Shown here in pieces: positions 39,870 to 53,809 of a DNA stretch of 64,000 nt (position 1 is its first letter; the number at the start of each line of letters is the position of its first letter). A model generated the notes under the pieces. The model had not been told where the DNA came from. It saw only the letters and a program-made list of their open reading frames with translations, and did not search any database. Origin of the DNA: Eledone cirrhosa (Eukaryota). Made by a program: the position numbers and the translations under genes. The stretch lies in the NCBI GenBank assembly GCA_964016885.1, contig OZ024740.1, positions 76,260,001 to 76,324,000 of the forward strand, written 5' to 3'.

Positions 39870-41492
39870 TCGGATTTTGCTGTGGAGAAATGCGTAGAAA
39901 TGATCAGCGAGAGCAAGGTTGAGTTCCGTGGGATTGATACCAGTGAGCTGGGACTTCTACTTAAGCTTACCTATAGTAATAGTTACCTAGACACATATGA
40001 CCTTAGCAACCTGTGCCCTACAAGACCAGCAAGAGGCAGACCACCTACCATTACCTCAATGGCCAAGAAAACCCACACAGATAGATGGAACGGGTGGACC
40101 AGAGCCATACGGACACCCGAAAACCACGATGAACTGAAGAAAATGATTGCACATGCGGTAGGGGCCAGCATAAAACTAACCCTTAAGGAACATATGTTCA
40201 AATTTAATGGAAAAACATATGCCCAAGAGGAAGGAGCAGCCATTGGTGTTAGCATTGCAGGCGACATAGCTAACTTATTCATGGTATGGTGGGACAGTAG
40301 ACTTAAACTTAAACTTAAAGAACAATTAGAAGACAGCTTAACCCTGATAATGTACTCCCGCTACGTAGATGATATAAACATCGTAGTTAAGACACCCCCA
40401 CTAGAGAACAGTCAGGAACTAGAGAAAAACACAATGGAAAGCATCCAGCAAATAGCAAACTCCATCCACCAGAGCATTAGAGTTACTATAGACTACCCAA
40501 GTAGACACCCCAACCATCGATTACCTGTACTAGACACAGAGATCTGGTTAGATACCATTAACAACCAAAAACAAATCCTCCATTCCCATTATGCCAAACC
40601 CATGACTTCCAAACATCTGATCCACCGAAACTCGGCCATTTCGGACCATACCAAAATCAACATACTGATTGCAGATTTGGTACGGGTGATGAGAAATGTG
40701 TCCCGCATGTGCAACCCCGAAGAACTAGAGAGACACATACAACACTTCATCTACCGTATGCAGTTCTCTGGCTACAATCAGAGAGATAAAATCAGAGTGT
40801 ATAGAGGAGCCAGAACCAAATGGGAAAAAATGGTAAATAATGACATAAATGGGACCTGCCCCTTGTATAGGAGCAAATTTTGGAATAGAATAGAAAGAAC
40901 TAGGAACAAGGCTAATAGAATAAACTCATGGTATGATAGCAATAAATACCAGAGTGTAATGTTCATCGATACAACCCCTAGAGGCGAACTAGCCTACACA
41001 TTTAGAAGGGCCCTAAATAAACATAAACTCAATATTAAGATAGTAGAAAGACCAGGTACCTCCGTAAAAACACTTATTATCAAGACATACCCGTTTCAAA
41101 GACCCTCATGTATAGATAAGAAATGTATAACCTGTAAAATAAGCCCCCATATTAACTGTAAAACTAGAAATGTAGTGTATAGCATAAGATGTACTGAAGG
41201 ACAATGTAGAAACAAAAATATAGTGTACATAGGTGAGACAGCTCGTAGTATAGGGGAACGGATAAATGAACACTGGCGAGACCTTCAAGATAATAAAGAA
41301 TCATCTGTACTCTACCAACATGCTAAGATAGAACACAAGGGTAAATTAGAGAACATAGAAATAAAAATAGAATCTACACACAGAAAAGATGCAATGTTTA
41401 GACAAATTACAGAGGCAATAAACATAAAAGAATTACAACCAAAATTAAATAGAAAATATGAGTGGAACAGCGACATCACAACTTACAATTAA
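39870..41492 (+). CDS. Penelope-like element ORF, 5'-truncated: reverse transcriptase plus GIY-YIG endonuclease
   Basis: Uninterrupted frame (track 39699..41492): FKFNGKTYAQEEGAAIGVSIAGDIANLFM, YSRYVDDI, LPVLD, CxxC, NVVYSIRC...YIGETARSIGERINEH. Confidence 0.88.
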   Translation, partial: SDFAVEKCVEMISESKVEFRGIDTSELGLLLKLTYSNSYLDTYDLSNLCPTRPARGRPPTITSMAKKTHTDRWNGWTRAIRTPENHDELKKMIAHAVGASIKLTLKEHMFKFNGKTYAQEEGAAIGVSIAGDIANLFMVWWDSRLKLKLKEQLEDSLTLIMYSRYVDDINIVVKTPPLENSQELEKNTMESIQQIANSIHQSIRVTIDYPSRHPNHRLPVLDTEIWLDTINNQKQILHSHYAKPMTSKHLIHRNSAISDHTKINILIADLVRVMRNVSRMCNPEELERHIQHFIYRMQFSGYNQRDKIRVYRGARTKWEKMVNNDINGTCPLYRSKFWNRIERTRNKANRINSWYDSNKYQSVMFIDTTPRGELAYTFRRALNKHKLNIKIVERPGTSVKTLIIKTYPFQRPSCIDKKCITCKISPHINCKTRNVVYSIRCTEGQCRNKNIVYIGETARSIGERINEHWRDLQDNKESSVLYQHAKIEHKGKLENIEIKIESTHRKDAMFRQITEAINIKELQPKLNRKYEWNSDITTYN

Positions 41493-41694
41493 GGACAAAA
41501 TGAAAACACACATAGAACAAACAACCAACCAACAATAAATAAATAAATAAATAAACAAATAGATAAATGAACACAAACACACACAGACACCCGGATGTGG
41601 CGCATGCGCAAACTGAGCACACAACACACACACAGAAACAAAATGGCGTAGGACAGAAGAAAGGAAAGGCACAGAAACAAAGAAAGGAATCCCC

Positions 41695-41740
41695 AGTCAC
41701 TGAAGAGGTCACAGAGTGTGTGACGAAAGGACTATGACTA
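41695..41740 (+). ncRNA. Minimal type I hammerhead ribozyme in the Penelope 3' pseudo-LTR
   Basis: Stem I AGTCA/TGACT, CTGAAGA core (41700), stem II GTCACA/TGTGAC, GAAA (41725), short stem III and CUA cleavage triplet. Confidence 0.7.
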
Positions 41741-41889
41741 TATATAAACAACTATCTGGTTGTGGAACCAACCAACCAACCAGAAATTTATAGATTTGTA
41801 AATTTGTAAATTTATAAATATATAATAAATTGAAGTGAAAGCAACTGGTGCGTGTGTTTCTTATTGGCAACATGACTCTCCCAAAGTAT

Positions 41890-41931
<42 letters not shown>

Positions 41932-42181
41932 TACAATTGTAATTTATATTCTTGCTCTGTAAAACACCTGATGCTCTTACATTGAGCTATTTCTCTTACT
42001 GGTAATAAGGTAGTAATAAATTACTGACCTTTCCTGTTTATAGTAGTTTATAGTATATACATAACTATAAATAGTATCATTATTATGGTGGATTGGCATT
42101 ATTTTACGATCGTAAAATAATGAGTTTTACTATGAATTACCCGTATTTTGTTTAATTTCATTGTTTTCACTATTTGTATTA

Positions 42182-43070
42182 TACGAGGTGTGTCAGAAAT
42201 GTTCCAGGACTGATGTCACAAAAGATTTATTTCAAACCCAAACTGCACACTAAGAGTTTTCTCCTTCAAAGTAATCCCTCTGGAGTATGTAGCTGAAATC
42301 TTAGCTCTCTGCAGCGATCAACCTTTTTTCTTCATAATTTTATATATATGTCCTCTGTTTCAGGTCGTCAAGCAATGAGCACAGAGCACGAACAAACTTG
42401 AAGTTTCTGGTACTGTTGGGGATAACACCGTCAGAAGCACTTTGATTGCTGCAGCAAGTGTATGGAGATGAGACGATGTCACGCTCACGTGGTTTTGAGT
42501 GGTGCAAGATGACCCCAGGAGCGGAAGGCCCTCAACAACCAGGACTGAGATCAACGTTGAGCGCGTCAGGCAGATGGTGCGTAGCCATCGTCTGCTGACT
42601 GTTCAACTGATGGCAAATGAGCTGGGCATGAATCGGGACAGCGCCTGTAAGATTCTCACTGAATATTTGGACATGCGGAAAGTCTGCGCGAAGATGGTGC
42701 CAAAACTGCTGAACGATGACCAGAAGGGTCGACGCATGCAAGTGTGCCAGGACATCCTCAAGCGTCTTGAAACCGAACTAGACTTGCTAGGGACAGTCAT
42801 CACCGGTGATGAGTCATGGATCTTCGAGTACGACCTGGAGGGGACCAGTTTTGAAGACGTGGACGACATCAAAATGGCCGTGACGGCGGAACTACGGAGG
42901 ATCCCGGAAGAATCCTTCCAGGAGTGCATGCAAGCGTGGCAGAAAAGGATGGAAAAGTGCATTAGACTCCAGGGGGATTACTTTGAAGGAGAAAACTCTT
43001 AGTGTGAGGTTTGGGTTTGAAATAAATCTTTTGTGACATCAGTCCTGGAACTTTTCTGACACAAGTCGTA
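42182..43070 (+). mobile_element. Internally deleted mariner transposon with about 60-bp TIRs and flanking TA
   Basis: TACGAGGTGTGTCAGAAA...AAACCCAAAC mirrored at 43008-43070; ORF 42499..43002 has DDPRSGRPST, CAKMVPKLL, ITGDESWIFEYD, then jumps to the C-terminus (second and third catalytic D missing). Confidence 0.9.
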
Positions 43071-43125
43071 TATATATATATATATATATGGAAAATATGG
43101 TGGCTGTGTAGTTGCTAGTTAAGGT

Positions 43126-43574
<449 letters not shown>

Positions 43575-43717
43575 AAAATTCGTGAAATCCTTGGTACAAT
43601 TAGGTATATTTGAAAAAAGGAAAAGAATGACTTCACAAAAGAATGACTAGTTCTAAACAATTTGATTTAATTTTATAATATATAATATTATATTATGAGA
43701 GAAAGCATTCTTTTCCT

Positions 43718-43765
<48 letters not shown>

Positions 43766-44065
43766 AGTTATTCCGGGTTGAATCGGAGGTAACCACAGTA
43801 AGTGATAAATATGTGATTATATGTGATTATAGGGTACTACCTCACTATTATCTTTGGTCAGATGAGAGAAGCTCAGAAGCTTAAAACGGACGATTAATTT
43901 TTAAATTTCCTGAGGATATACGGATTATAGGTAATATGTAGGGTGTAGTTAATTGTTAACTAGTAATTTCCAGTGGTTCTGAAAATGCATGTACCATTAT
44001 AACCGTCTTGAAACGAACGTAGAAATAAAGGAATAAATATAAGTTCGTAACCTTCATTTTTTTTC

Positions 44066-44164
<99 letters not shown>

Positions 44165-44217
44165 GTAAGTATGTATGTATACGTACATACATATATGTAT
44201 ACAGACGTACAGTAGCA

Positions 44218-44273
<56 letters not shown>

Positions 44274-44369
44274 AGGAAGGATCGACTTTCGTCAAATCGG
44301 ACCGAGGGAACAATGTTTCCGTTGGTCTTTCCAATTGCTAATACTATCTATCGGTCGCAACTCCAGGTA

Positions 44370-44492
44370 GAAGGAGCAACGTGAAATAAAGTGTCTTGCT
44401 CAAGGACATAACGCATCACCTGGTCCAGGAATCGAACTCACAACCTTACGATTGCGAATCCAATTCTCTAACCACTCAGCCACACGCCTTCA
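44370..44492 (-). mobile_element. SINE second family, 5' part
   Basis: Similar to 34600-34721. Confidence 0.65.
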
Positions 44493-44495
44493 CTA

Positions 44496-44559
44496 GCTGA
44501 GCAGCCTAATTTGCATATTGAGTGAGAACTCACTCAATATGCAAATTAGGCTGCTCAGC
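44496..44559. repeat. Perfect palindrome, 31-bp arms with AA loop
   Basis: GCTGAGCAGCCTAATTTGCATATTGAGTGAG-AA-reverse complement. Confidence 0.9.
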
Positions 44560-44816
44560 CGTTAATTTTCATAAAGAAAGTATATACTTTCGAACGTTCA
44601 ACTAACGGCAGATGGGTAAACGGTGCTGATGATAGCTAACAAGCTTGAAACTAGTACATCGTTCCTGTGTCAGTGTTGAACAAAAAGGTGAGGTGGTTGC
44701 CTTAACACCGTACGGCATAAATTCAGGCTGTTCAGTTTGTTGACAAACGAACAAAGCGGCGTTATAATAAGCGTCCGCTAAACTGATGCGTGCATATATG
44801 TATGTGTACCTGTATG

Positions 44817-44886
<70 letters not shown>

Positions 44887-44997
44887 TGCTACTGTACGTC
44901 TGTATACATATATGTATGTACGTATACATACATACTTACATTTAAGTAAGTGCCATACTAAGAGTGAGAAATGAAATTTCGTTTTCATTTTTTTAAA

Positions 44998-45054
<57 letters not shown>

Positions 45055-45739
45055 ATGATTTAAATCGATACCCACCGATTTCGATCTCGTTGTTTACAAT
45101 TTGCTAAACAAATTTCTGTGGAGCACGCGCATAGTATTAATTGTAATACTTTCCCAGGCAGGAGCTATGAAAACAGTGTAATTATTGTAGCGACAGATCA
45201 ACATATGAAAACGTTAAAGTACACACAATTTCATCAATTGAAACAAACAGTATCCTCCTAGTTTATCACACAACATTTTACCGGAGTATAAAATTCCACG
45301 TCTGTCTGGTAAGGTGCTGTTTCAAATTCCTTGGAGAATCTGATTGTCATTAATGATAAGTCCATAAGCAGCAAATTCCGGACAAGGGAATTATCAGCGG
45401 CCAGCATTCCTGTGAGGGGCTTCCGAAAATCGACCTTCCTACTAAATTTTCATGTTGGTGCCGGTGTCACATGTATGGCATTAATTGCTAGTCGGTCAAC
45501 AAATGACAGCAGCATTTATTCAGTTGAAACCTCGTTATAGATCTAGTAAGCCTTGGTGGACTGCAGGGAGCATCTAAAACCTATTACAGTTAAGAAACAA
45601 AAAAAAACAAAAAAAAAAAAAACAAGATATAAGACAAGTGAATATAAAAATAAAAATAAAGTTTAAAAAATATAAAAAAAATTAAATAGGGAAAGCCAAC
45701 GGGAGGCAGAATAAGCATAAAAATGATAAAGAAAAATAG

Positions 45740-47300
45740 GGAAGCAAGGGTAGCTGTAAAGCAACTAGGAGGTTATGTTGTTGTAGAAACCTTTTGTGTA
45801 TACTTGGTAGATCTTTTACAAAATATTTTGTATCTCTAGTCTTGGTACTTTTTTAATGATCGGTTTCAAGATGTCCTCTCTCTCATTCTGTTTTTATCTT
45901 GGAACAAATGATGCCAAAGAGTTTCTGGAAAGTCACCACAAAAACATTGAGGTGATACTCTACGACCAATTCATGACAAAATGTAATTCAATATTATATG
46001 TCCAGTTCGATGACAGCATATTCCTTTTTTTATTTTAACATTGCTCAGTGTCTGATATGTTTTAAATATTGTTAGATCTGGTTGAGAATGTGGAGCATTG
46101 ACATTTGAGAGCTTATCTCTAGATTCTTTCCAAAAATTTTCCCACCTTTGACTAATTATATTTTTGGTAAATGATTTCACTTGCTATAGATTTGAGATGT
46201 AGTCTATATCTATCATTTGCCTTTGTACTTCCTCCTTTGCTAATTCATCTAATATCTGTATGGCCTAATATCCGAATCAATGTTATTTGTTTATTATTCA
46301 CTGAGAGGTAGTTATGTATTTTTAGAAAAGCACTCTAAATACCTCTAATCCGACCCCCTTTTCTTGATTGAAACAGTTTTAAGTTCGATAAACTACCAGA
46401 AAGCCTTTTCCCCATGATACCTCTTTAGCTGAATCTGTGGATAATTTTTGAAAGACCAAATTAATCCACACTCAGCTCCCTTGTCTGAGTGTGCCCCATT
46501 TGTGCAACTGATCCAGTTGCTAAAACTAATTGATTGTGTGATAATGTAATGGAATTATATTGCTTCCTTTTTTAAGTTTTTAAAAGATTTTAATTGTTCT
46601 AGCACAGAGGAACTAAATACCATGTTGTTTTCTTTTTCATTTAAACTGAGCAGTTAGCAGTTTACATTCCCTAGACTCTTCTATCAACAAGTGAGTAGGG
46701 ATTATCCCTGCTTCGTGAAACATAGCTATCTTAGGAGTAGATGTTAGACATCACAATATAGTTTTGCCAATTTGGGTACGGAATCTATCGATAGCTAATG
46801 ATTGTTTCCCCACAAACCCAGCTGCTATACAAAAATTGAGTGTTGCTGACCCCTTTATTATACAAAGATAGTTCTGCTTCTAAGTAATTAGTAAACTTAG
46901 TCCAGTCAGTCTTGTTAAATTGATATTTTCTTACTTTAGGCTTCATTTGTTGAGTTTGGCAATTGTTAGTGTTTTCGTTGGTTAAAGGAATTGCAATATT
47001 AAAAGTATTGGTGTAATTTCCAGTTTTCTATAAAAGTAGAGACTAAGAGAAAAGGCCATAAATTATCTGTCGTTGAGGTTCCGTTATTAAAATGTCTGTA
47101 AGTAGGGGAGTTTGGTATTGTATGTAAAATGAAATAACATTTATTCAATAAAATATATTTTGCTATTATACTGTTTTTCTACTGTTAGTATTACAGAAAG
47201 GATGATGTGCATTTCAATCCCCTGAAATTAGACTTTTGCTTTGTGGATTAAATTTGTCTAGGAAACTTCAATTTTTGTTATTGTCTCTGTGCGTTTGGGG
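45740..47300 (-). mobile_element. Highly decayed LINE remnant with an RNase H-like segment (I/Nimb/R1-type)
   Basis: Near 46230-46290 the minus strand reads ITLIRILGH...DELAKE (compare WIPGH..GNE.AD.LAK), then QRWENFW; boundaries are approximate. Confidence 0.4.
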
Positions 47301-48005
47301 GCAAATCAAATATTTGTTAAACAGAAGCTTAGCTTTCTGATGTACATATACACAATATCCATGGAGTTACACTATTTTTCGATCTTATTTATTTCACTAG
47401 CCGTGTATAAATTCGAAATATAGGGAGGATGTCGAGAAGGATTATAGTGAAAAACTATCATCCTTTTCATGACGGCCTTTGTATTATGTCTAACTTAGAG
47501 ATCTAATCACTGTGAGACACCTTGATGCACCATGATAACACGTATAGGATATTAAAAAAAAAGGAATTCTGTGTATTTCCTTTTGTACAAGTCATTTAGT
47601 GGTAGTTCTTGAAAGAGAACAATATCAAATATTGAGCCAAAAAGGGTTAAATACAATTCCATTAGTTCACGTTGTTTGTTTAGATTGATATGACCAGACA
47701 GCATCTTATGTAATAAGATCGTATTACATAAGATGGTGTCTGATGATATCACGTGTCTAGTTGTATAATTGAACAATCACGTAGTCACGATCGTCATTGA
47801 AATATGTATCACAATTTTGTCAATGAAGGACTTTTAACATCTACACCGAACTTCGCATTCTCCTTATTCTACATATAAACCGTCACTGACTGACAAATAA
47901 TATTTGCAAGAAATACATGACGTTGAGTGCTTATATGAAATTGCATCATTGCCCACGGATTGTTTTGTTCAATCCGCAACCCCCATAAGTATATATATAT
48001 ATATG

Positions 48006-48077
<72 letters not shown>

Positions 48078-48240
48078 CGTTCATTATAAAAATTGACAAC
48101 TAATTATCAGTGCCTTCAAATATTATTTACGAATATATAATTTTAAATAAATCATAAAAACAACAACAATAATATTGTAAATAGGATAGTGTGCCGGACA
48201 AAAACAACAACAACAACAACATCTATCTATCTATCTATCT

Positions 48241-51200
48241 AAGTGGTAGAGAGGCGGTAAGAGTGTTAAGCTCGCAGTCATCTCCTCTCACCACCTCATT
48301 GAAAGACGTCGAAAATGTCGTCAGTTTTGAAAACACGATGTCGAACGTTGATTGTAACATCAACACCAATAACATGAAAAATGTAAACAACACCAACCAG
48401 AACAACAACAACAACAATGACAACAAGAACAACAACAACAACAGCAACAATGATAACAACAACACCACCAACAACAACAGCAACACGAACAACTCCACAA
48501 ACAAGGAAAATCTTTCCTTTGCACAAACCGTCCAAAAGACGGAACTGTTTACATACCTTGACATTTCCAATGCTAGGAAGCTATTAAGTGAGGCAAAGCA
48601 GTATGTAACTTTTGGTGAGAGTGGTGCTTTCAGCATCACTTCTCCTCAACAGTTACGTAGAGAAACTATCCTAAAAACAATAATTTTTAGGACAGTTTCA
48701 AATGTGTCTAAATAACCAGTCCAATTATCTCAAAACGTAATTGAACTGGTTCTGAAATATTCAATGAAGGATATTGCCTTCATCCAAAAAGGTAAACTTT
48801 TTGGAAGCATTTCGGTGCTAATGAAAGACCAATTGACGGCACAAAATATTCTGTGTCGCGAATTGTGTCCGCCTTTTACACCCTTTTCCCCACATATATG
48901 GGAAAAAGAACCCCAAAAATAAGAGTAACAAATATCACACCAAATGTAAACATCTGATGGATATTAGCTGGTTTCATCAATTTGGATGAAGATCAGTAAT
49001 TTCGGTAGGAAAGTCCTCCAAGGGCATATTCAACGGTACAAGCTTAGAAGTTCTGGTCCAAATGAGACCAGAACAGATAGCTAGAATACCACAACGTGTG
49101 CCTCTGGATGGAAATTCCTACATAAACATTTCTGTTGAGGGTAGGCGGCCTTCATGTTACCAGTGTTTAAGCAGTGGTCACCTGAGAGCTTCCTGTCCTT
49201 AATTAACTGCATTAAAAAAAAGGTACTACTGCCGACACCTAACACAACAACACAACCACCACCACCACAACAACAACACACAAAAATAACAAAAACAAAC
49301 CAAACTGCAAACACCGTCCCACCTAACCCCTCCCCACCTAAAACAACTCCCACAACACCCACAAACACAACAGCTCCCCAAAACGTACCCCTCCCCAATC
49401 AAACAGACACCACAACGGACGAAGCCCCCTCGTCATCACTCAGTGATGATGAGGGAAGAACCCCTCCTATCCCCCCCCCCAAAAAAAAAGAAAAAAAGAC
49501 AACACGAACAAAAAGGCAACAAACACACAACCACCAACACAAACAACACAAACATTACGAACAAAAATCCTCCCTCCCGAAAACAAAACAATGACAACAC
49601 TCCAAACACAAATACCCACAACAAAACGAAAACACACACAAGAACAACAGACAAAAACTAACACAACACAACAAAAATATTATACATACATAAACACTGA
49701 CAATAAAACCTTCATGGAGGTCATCTCCAAAAACCCTTCCGTGGAAACCGAAGGAAAATATTTTACCAAATGTAAAGACAAACCTAATTTAAGGATGATT
49801 AGGGTCCCCACGGACACCTATAAGTCCTTAAAGGAAAACTTTGCTGAGGACGTGGGGAATATGTGTGTTAAACCAACGAACCGCGTCCTCTTGAAATGTT
49901 TCCCCACCCCAACCACAGACACCCCCACCCTACCAGACACCCCTCCCACCAAACATCTCCATCCCCACCCCGCCAAGAACCACCACCCTACCAAACAACC
50001 CCTCCAACAACCCCATGGACATTGTGCAGCCTGGTCCCCAGGAGACAAAGAGGTGAGTGATTTCTTTTCCTCTTCTTTTAACTTTTCAGCACCAACATGG
50101 CCAATATAAGAGTTGGATGTGTACGCGGCCTGGGGCTGCCCTGGAAACAGGGCAAACTCTTAAACGACCTCAGGTCGCACAGTATGGATGTAGTAGCCAT
50201 TTGCGAGTCCAGGATCCACAGCGAGCGACAGCTGGCCCCCATCTTCGACGACTTTGAGATCTACGCATCTCTCTGTCAGCCGCGAGGTGGGGGCGGGGTT
50301 GCCGTTTTGGTGCGGAAACACCTGGATCTCGTAACACAGACGATACATCTGGACCCGGATGGTCGACTGGTGGTCCTAGACGTTGACGGTAGTGAAGGTG
50401 GAGCTTTCAGGCTGGTGGCCGCATCCAGGACACCGCAGCCAGACTTCTTCAAACGTCTAGAGACTTTTCTGGGAATGTCCCGGTCCTTGCTTTTAGTGGG
50501 GGACTGGAATCCTAGATGCACGTTGGGACTATGTGGGAGCATGTCCCGATAAAGGGGGGTGCAACAGCCTCAAACAGTTAATCGGCCGATTTGACCTGGC
50601 CGATAGATATCGACTAGATTTTCCGACTGTGCCACTGTGGACGTGGACTAATCCCAGCGGAACATCTAGGTCGTACCTAGATAGGGTTCTAGTTAGAAAT
50701 AAAGATAGGGACATGTTAAGCTGTCCACACATGTTCATGGTTGCCTATTCAGATCACAAACTAGTGACCTGCATGGTCAACCTTGATAGAACCCATAGAC
50801 AAGGACCCGGCTACTGGAAGCTGAACTTGTCGTTACCGACATGCAAAGCCTACAGTAGACGGATTAGCACTTTAGTTAAACAGCACTTGACAGGGGCCAT
50901 TGTCAACAACAGATGGTGGTAATCTCAAGAGGGCAGTTAGATTAGACTCGTTAGTTTTTAGTAAAGAATTAGCGTTAAATAGAAATAGGACCGAGAAGGA
51001 ACTGATAGATAAAGTAGAAGAGGCAATTAGAAGTGGCAACGTAGCCAGCGTGTTAGCAACGAGAAAGGCTTTGAACCAGTTCTTCGACGCAAAGCACGAG
51101 GGCTGTGTTGTCAGAAGCAAAAAAAGTGCTCTGGGTAACGAGGGAGTCAAAGCTGTTAGCTGGGCCCGGATGACGGAGGCAAGAAGTGGCAACGAGTCCA

Positions 51201-53718
51201 CGATTCGGTCTTTGAAGGACCAAGACGGACGCGTGATACATGAGTGCGCGGCCTTTCAGTGGCACTTTGCTCAGCTGTTCGGGCAGGGCGGCGCGCCGGG
51301 AGGGGCTATGGATTTCGGTCTATACCTCGACGGCCTACCGCGACTCTCAGACAGCGAGGCGAAGTTCTGCGAAAAGCCGATTTCAGCCGCTGAGATAGGG
51401 GACGCGCTGAGCCAATGCAGCAAACGCAAATCTCCAGCTCTCGACGGTCTACCCTACGAATTTTACGTACCAATGCCGGACTTGTTCTCCAGTCTCCTGG
51501 AAGCGGTCTACTGCAACTGGCAGCAGAACGGGAGAATTCCCAGTTCTGTGACCAGAGGCGTAGTCACACTAGTCAGGAAGGACGAGAATAAGGGGGTTGA
51601 CATAGGCAACTTCCGGCCCATAACCCTGCTAAACACAGAGTTACAGATTTGGGCCAAGGTGTTGGCAAAGAGGCTGGCGCTTGTCATCGAAAACCTGGTG
51701 GGAGAAGCGCAGACATGCGCAATCCCGACTAGGTCCATACAACACAACCTCCACCCCATGCCATACATCGTAGAGAGGGTAGGGTGTAAACCCGGTCCTG
51801 GCGCCCTGATCAACTTGGATCAGTCTAAGGCTTTCGATAGGTTTGACCATCGTTACCTGGATGCGGAGCTCGAGGCGGCAGGCTTTGGACACGTGTTCAG
51901 GGGCTGGATTGCTGCAATGCACAACAGCAACATCTGCTCAAGGGTCAAGGTGAACGACTACCTCTCAGGGCCGATCCATTCGACAGGGATGCCCTCTCTC
52001 CTCCCTTCTGCACGAACTGACTTTCGAGCCACTACTGCGGAAGTTGGAGCTATTGCAGGGCATCCCTTTGGAACCGGGACTGCGGAAATCGGCGTCGGCC
52101 TACGCCGACGACGTTACAGTAATGGTGTCGAGCACCTCGCACATCGAGGAAGTTGGCACCTTACTGAAGGAATACGAAAGGTTCACAGGAGCGAAGCTGA
52201 ACCGGGACAAGTCTATCGGTTTGCAACTCGGATCGTGGCGAGGCAAACTGATGCCTTCCGATGGCATCGTCGGACGCTGGACGGAAGGACCGGTAAAGCT
52301 GCTCGGGGTCTGGTTTGGTCCGGACCTCCAAGTGGAGAAGAAATGGAACGAGGTGACGGCCAAGGTGTTTGCACTCACCCAGAAATGGGCGAGTGCAAAC
52401 TATCCTTGAAATGTCGAGCGGAGGTGGCGAACACTTTTATAGCGTCCGTCATCTACTACCGCTTGACCGTCGTGCCTTGTCCAGCCAAAACGCTCACCAA
52501 ATGAAGCGCGCGCTCTTCCAATTCCTTTGGAAGAAGCGGGCTCCTTTGGTGAGAAGATCCTACTGCTGCCAACACCCTTCCAACGGAGAGCTGGGGATGC
52601 CATGGCTGACGATGCGCAAACACGCGCTCAGGCTGCGGCATCTCTACGTATTCCTCACCGGAAACCGGTGTGGGCCCCGTTCGTGAGGCGAGCCTTCCCA
52701 CAACTCGTCCCGCTGACCGAGCTGCAGTCATGGGTCAAGTAAAGACCGAGGAAAATGGGCGACTGGCACATCGAATGTGCTCAGGCGCTCACAGACCTCT
52801 GGCAGGCGGACCCGGCGATCAGTGGAGACTCCACTTCGTCATTCTATAGAGGGTTGATCCGCAGCAAGTACGACGACGCGCTCGGAGAAGCTCTAAGAGT
52901 AGAAGAAGACGAACTGGCCAGTCTGTTCGGTAGGACCTTCCGCCCGGGACCGATGGACAACTTCCAAAAGTCCCTGGCCTGGCAGTGCTACCGAGGAGCT
53001 CTACCAGTTCGAGACAAGCTCTACAGACATAGGCGCCCGGGCAGGGACCCTTTGAAAAAGATCTGTCCGAGATGCGTGCGAGACGAAGAAACCGTCGCGC
53101 ACGCATTCATTACTGCCCGGGCGTTACCGACCTGTGGGGCTATGTAGAACGACTATTGTCGCGGGTGGGACCAATCCGGTTGACGACCGAGTCCATTGTC
53201 ATGATCAAACCGCCACCCTCCTTCAAAAACGAAGGAGAGGCGGTTTTCCTTTGTCTGATAGCTATGGCGAAAGAGGTTGTATAGTGGACGAGGTTAAAAG
53301 TGCTGAGGTCAGACACCTTTCTCTCCGGCCAACAACTGATTCTTTTTTTTCAAATACCACTTTGGAAGAAGAATCAGGATGGAGAGAGAGGTGCTGTACC
53401 CCAGCAAGTTTTATGAAAGGTGGGTGAAAGTGGCGAGAATGGCCCGAGTGAATGGGCCTTCTCTCTATATCAGCCTGTGGGTTGAGGAAAAGGAGGAAGA
53501 GAGGAAAGGGGTACAAACTCTTCGTACTCCTGGAGATGAGGGTTGCACATTTTTTTCGGGGGTATGTGTTACCCATATGTAATGTCTCCTCCTATTGGGG
53601 AAAATCGACTAATTTTTAAATTGCATTTGTGATAATATTTTACACGTTTTTATTGTATGTAAACTTCCCCCTTTGTATTTGTCCCCTTCTTTTGTGCCCC
53701 TGTGGCTAATAAAGAAAC
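48241..53718 (+). mobile_element. Tx1 copy E5 (subfamily C), 5'-truncated in the ORF1 N-terminus, decayed
   Basis: Preceded by (ATCT)n at 48221-48240; ORF1 remnants to TGA 50054-50056; ORF2 from ATG 50097 with YADD; ends AATAAAGAAAC then (ATCT)n. Confidence 0.92.
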
Positions 53719-53775
<57 letters not shown>

Positions 53776-53776
53776 C

Positions 53777-53809
<33 letters not shown>
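53719..53809. repeat. (CTAT)n between E5 and E6
   Basis: Read directly. Confidence 0.96.

Noticed and set aside
45300-45625. Possible host exon on the minus strand after a T-rich tract and AG at about 45581
   Set aside because: All three frames stop within about 30 codons and no recognisable protein is encoded.
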